DNA of 64,000 nucleotides from Nitrospirota bacterium (lineage in GTDB: Bacteria; Nitrospirota; UBA9217). The notes under the pieces were generated by a model, which saw only the letters and a list, made by a program, of their open reading frames with translations, made no database searches and was not told the origin of the DNA. Each line of letters begins with the position of its first letter. Positions within the stretch are counted from its first letter, which is position 1. Of this stretch, positions 62,170 to 64,000 are shown piece by piece. A program made the translations under genes and the position numbers. The stretch covers positions 68,167-132,166 of the forward strand of contig CAVWHO010000005.1 of assembly GCA_963754875.1 (NCBI GenBank), read 5' to 3'.

Positions 62170-62544
62170 AAGCGGAAAAAGCTATCTTGTGGCGAGAAAC
62201 GAATGTTTCTCGCCGAGCCTTTTCGTTATCTTCATCATTACCATTGCCGCAGTTTCATTCGGTTTCGGTGTCAGTCTTCACTGCACCAGTCACCCATCGG
62301 GATTAAGGTCATTGGTGAAGCTTTTTATCCATGACCCTTTCCGCCTTATGGCGGACCAGAAAATCTTCGGTTCCATGCCGTGTCCAGGAGTATGTACAAG
62401 TCTTATGGTTGTTAACCAGCCCCATGATGGCTCGCGGCATGGGCAGTAAAGATGCTGATAACGCTATAAAAGGGTGGGACGGATTACCAATCAGGTCTCG
62501 TGGTTTTTTGCCAACCCTAAGCAAGGTTCACCGTCCCAGCCAGC
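62170..62544 (-). ncRNA. Predicted bridge/seek RNA with two target loops and one donor loop
   Basis: Stems GGGACGG/CCGTCCC (62476-62537), CCATGCCG/CGGCATGG (62373-62442), CTTCAC/GTGAAG (62276-62320), terminal hairpin 62191-62214; loops contain matches to the flank and the element end. Confidence 0.72.
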
Positions 62545-63573
62545 CTATGAACTTTGTGTAAAGATTTTCTCCGGCATAAAGGGAACTCCATCTCGCATGA
62601 TGTAATACGCTGCCCGCGCCAGTTTGTGGGCCAGGGCTTGATGGGCTATCATGGCGTTGGTCTTTTGCATCTTGCGCTGGTAATATGCCCGGGCTTCCGG
62701 ATAATAGCGTCGGGCGATCTCGGCAGCTTCGGAAAAGGCCCATGCCAGGTACTTGTTGCCGCTTTTCTTGTTCCCTTTGCCCTTTTTCTTATCGTTGCTG
62801 ATCCATTTGGTTGAAACTTTCCGGCAGTAGGAGCAATAGTTGCCGACTTGCGAGAAGCGGCTGATCGGGCCGGTCTCCAGCATGATGGTAAGTCCCAACG
62901 TTTTACCCACTCCCTGCAACGTGAGGAGATTTTTGTATGGTTCGCGCAGCTCCATTCTGTCTTCTATGATGCTCTCAACCGTTTTGATCTTGAGCGTCAG
63001 AAAATCTATGGACTCCTTGCTGATCTTGCCGGCCAAGGCCAGGTCCTCGTTCTGCTCAAGAAACGGCGCAACGCGATCCGTTTTCAATGCCTTGACGTCG
63101 TTCGTCTTGAGCCGGAACCCGTTGTTACGGCAAATGATGTTCTGCAAACTGATGATGAGCGAGGTCCTGAGCTTTACGAGATGGCTTCGTTTGCGTAACA
63201 AGTCACGGACTGGTCGATCTTCTTTCGGGTAAATGTAGCCTTCGGGAAGGATCCCGAGCCGCAGCATCTCGGCCAGCCAGAAGGCATCATGCTGATCGTC
63301 TGAATACTTGAGCCCCTTATATTGCTTGATCTCCGTAGGGTTTGCGAGATGCACCTTGTATCCTTCTGCCATGAGTGCATCCACCAACCAATACCAGTTG
63401 TACGTGGACTCGATGACGATGCCGATAATCGTATCCTTGTATGGTGCGAGAGCGGAAAGAATTTGTTCCGGATCATTGGGAAGCTTCTTTTTGAACACCC
63501 GTTTACCAGTTTCATCGATGATCGCCAGATAACTGTTGCTTGAATGTAGATCAATTCCTGTGTACAATCTCAT
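62545..63573 (-). CDS. IS110-family DEDD recombinase/transposase
   Basis: YTGIDLHS, VIESTYNWYW, SDDQHDAFWLA, GVG..LG..I..E.G...RF, GNKYL.WAF.EAA, LAHKLAR..Y. Confidence 0.95.
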   Translation of the reverse strand: MRLYTGIDLHSSNSYLAIIDETGKRVFKKKLPNDPEQILSALAPYKDTIIGIVIESTYNWYWLVDALMAEGYKVHLANPTEIKQYKGLKYSDDQHDAFWLAEMLRLGILPEGYIYPKEDRPVRDLLRKRSHLVKLRTSLIISLQNIICRNNGFRLKTNDVKALKTDRVAPFLEQNEDLALAGKISKESIDFLTLKIKTVESIIEDRMELREPYKNLLTLQGVGKTLGLTIMLETGPISRFSQVGNYCSYCRKVSTKWISNDKKKGKGNKKSGNKYLAWAFSEAAEIARRYYPEARAYYQRKMQKTNAMIAHQALAHKLARAAYYIMRDGVPFMPEKIFTQSS

Positions 63574-63689
63574 AAAGCACCTCCTGGGATAAGATTGGTC
63601 TCTTCTCCCAAGAGCATATCAGAGCTTAACCACTCTGGTATGCTCTGGAGGTGCCCTTTATATGGTTATACAGGTCTTTTATTTTGGTG

Positions 63690-64000
63690 TCACGACTTCC
63701 CTCGCACCAGATTGCTGATCGTTGAATAATGCATATTCAAATGAGCAGCTATCAGCTGCTGGGTGTAGCCGTATTTCTGCACGGCATCAATAATCCTCTT
63801 GTCTCGTTTCTTCTTGTCCAGGATCACCTGTTTCGGAAATATCTTATCGAGAGACGGTCTGTTCACATAGCGATGACTCTTGGGTATTTCAGGAATGTTC
63901 TGGTGTTTCTTGATATGGGAGATGAGTCCCTCCACAAAATCGTCTTCACCCAGAATAGACTCTCCTTTTACCTCTCTCCAGATAGACTCCTTGCCGATCC
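63690..64000 (-). CDS. C-terminus of a REP-associated/IS200-like tyrosine transposase (runs off window end)
   Basis: IGKESIWREVKGESILGEDDFV...YGYTQQLIAAHLNMHYSTISN (C-terminal HTH typical of this RAYT-like family); catalytic HUH part lies outside the window. Confidence 0.65.
   Translation of the reverse strand, partial: IGKESIWREVKGESILGEDDFVEGLISHIKKHQNIPEIPKSHRYVNRPSLDKIFPKQVILDKKKRDKRIIDAVQKYGYTQQLIAAHLNMHYSTISNLVRGKS

Larger units (their letters stand above)
62148..63672 (-). mobile_element. IS110-family, IS1111-type element (bridge recombinase)
   Basis: Sub-terminal IRs CCATTTAAAGGGCACC (62151-62166) / CCATATAAAGGGCACC (reverse complement of 63650-63665); CA core dinucleotide at both junctions; long 3' non-coding region. 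Confidence 0.9.

Noticed and set aside
62189..62561. Small ORFs downstream of the IS110 transposase
   Set aside because: No protein-like features; the region is better explained as structured bridge RNA.

Overview
About 55% GC bacterial window. Gene content and order suggest an anaerobic Nitrospirota (Thermodesulfovibrionia-like) or Desulfobacterota-like organism (inference). 1-22 kb is housekeeping: dnaG (partial), mutS2, yqeY, rpsU, argJC, rpsI/rplM, rpsB-tsf-pyrH-frr, a split atpB-atpE pair, gltX and pdxA. 28.6-54.8 kb is a ~26 kb minus-strand C1/Wood-Ljungdahl supercluster: cooC, ygfA, folE, hdrCBA, Sec-mvhD, metV, metF, panB, thyX, acsF, DUF2520, acsE, acsD, acsC, acsB, nuoE/nuoF-like, Sec-fdh, a cNMP-binding protein and fhs. 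It has no CODH (cooS/acsA) or folD. Three IS elements are present: IS630, IS21 and an IS110/IS1111-type bridge recombinase. The best find is the IS1111 element. Its ~380 nt 3' non-coding region appears to fold into a bridge RNA with TWO tandem, mutually similar target-binding loops plus a donor-binding loop, with guides that match the actual insertion site and the element end. The site is the AAGACCTGAC motif at the 3' end of a RAYT-like transposase gene. Also noted: two in-frame UGA (Sec) codons with SECIS-like hairpins, palindromic repeats inserted in frame in an orphan hsdM, and a sigma54-driven pair of paralogous small membrane proteins. About 9 single-base frameshifts (including one in essential gltX) are most likely assembly errors. 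All calls come from reading the sequence; no searches or folding programs were run.
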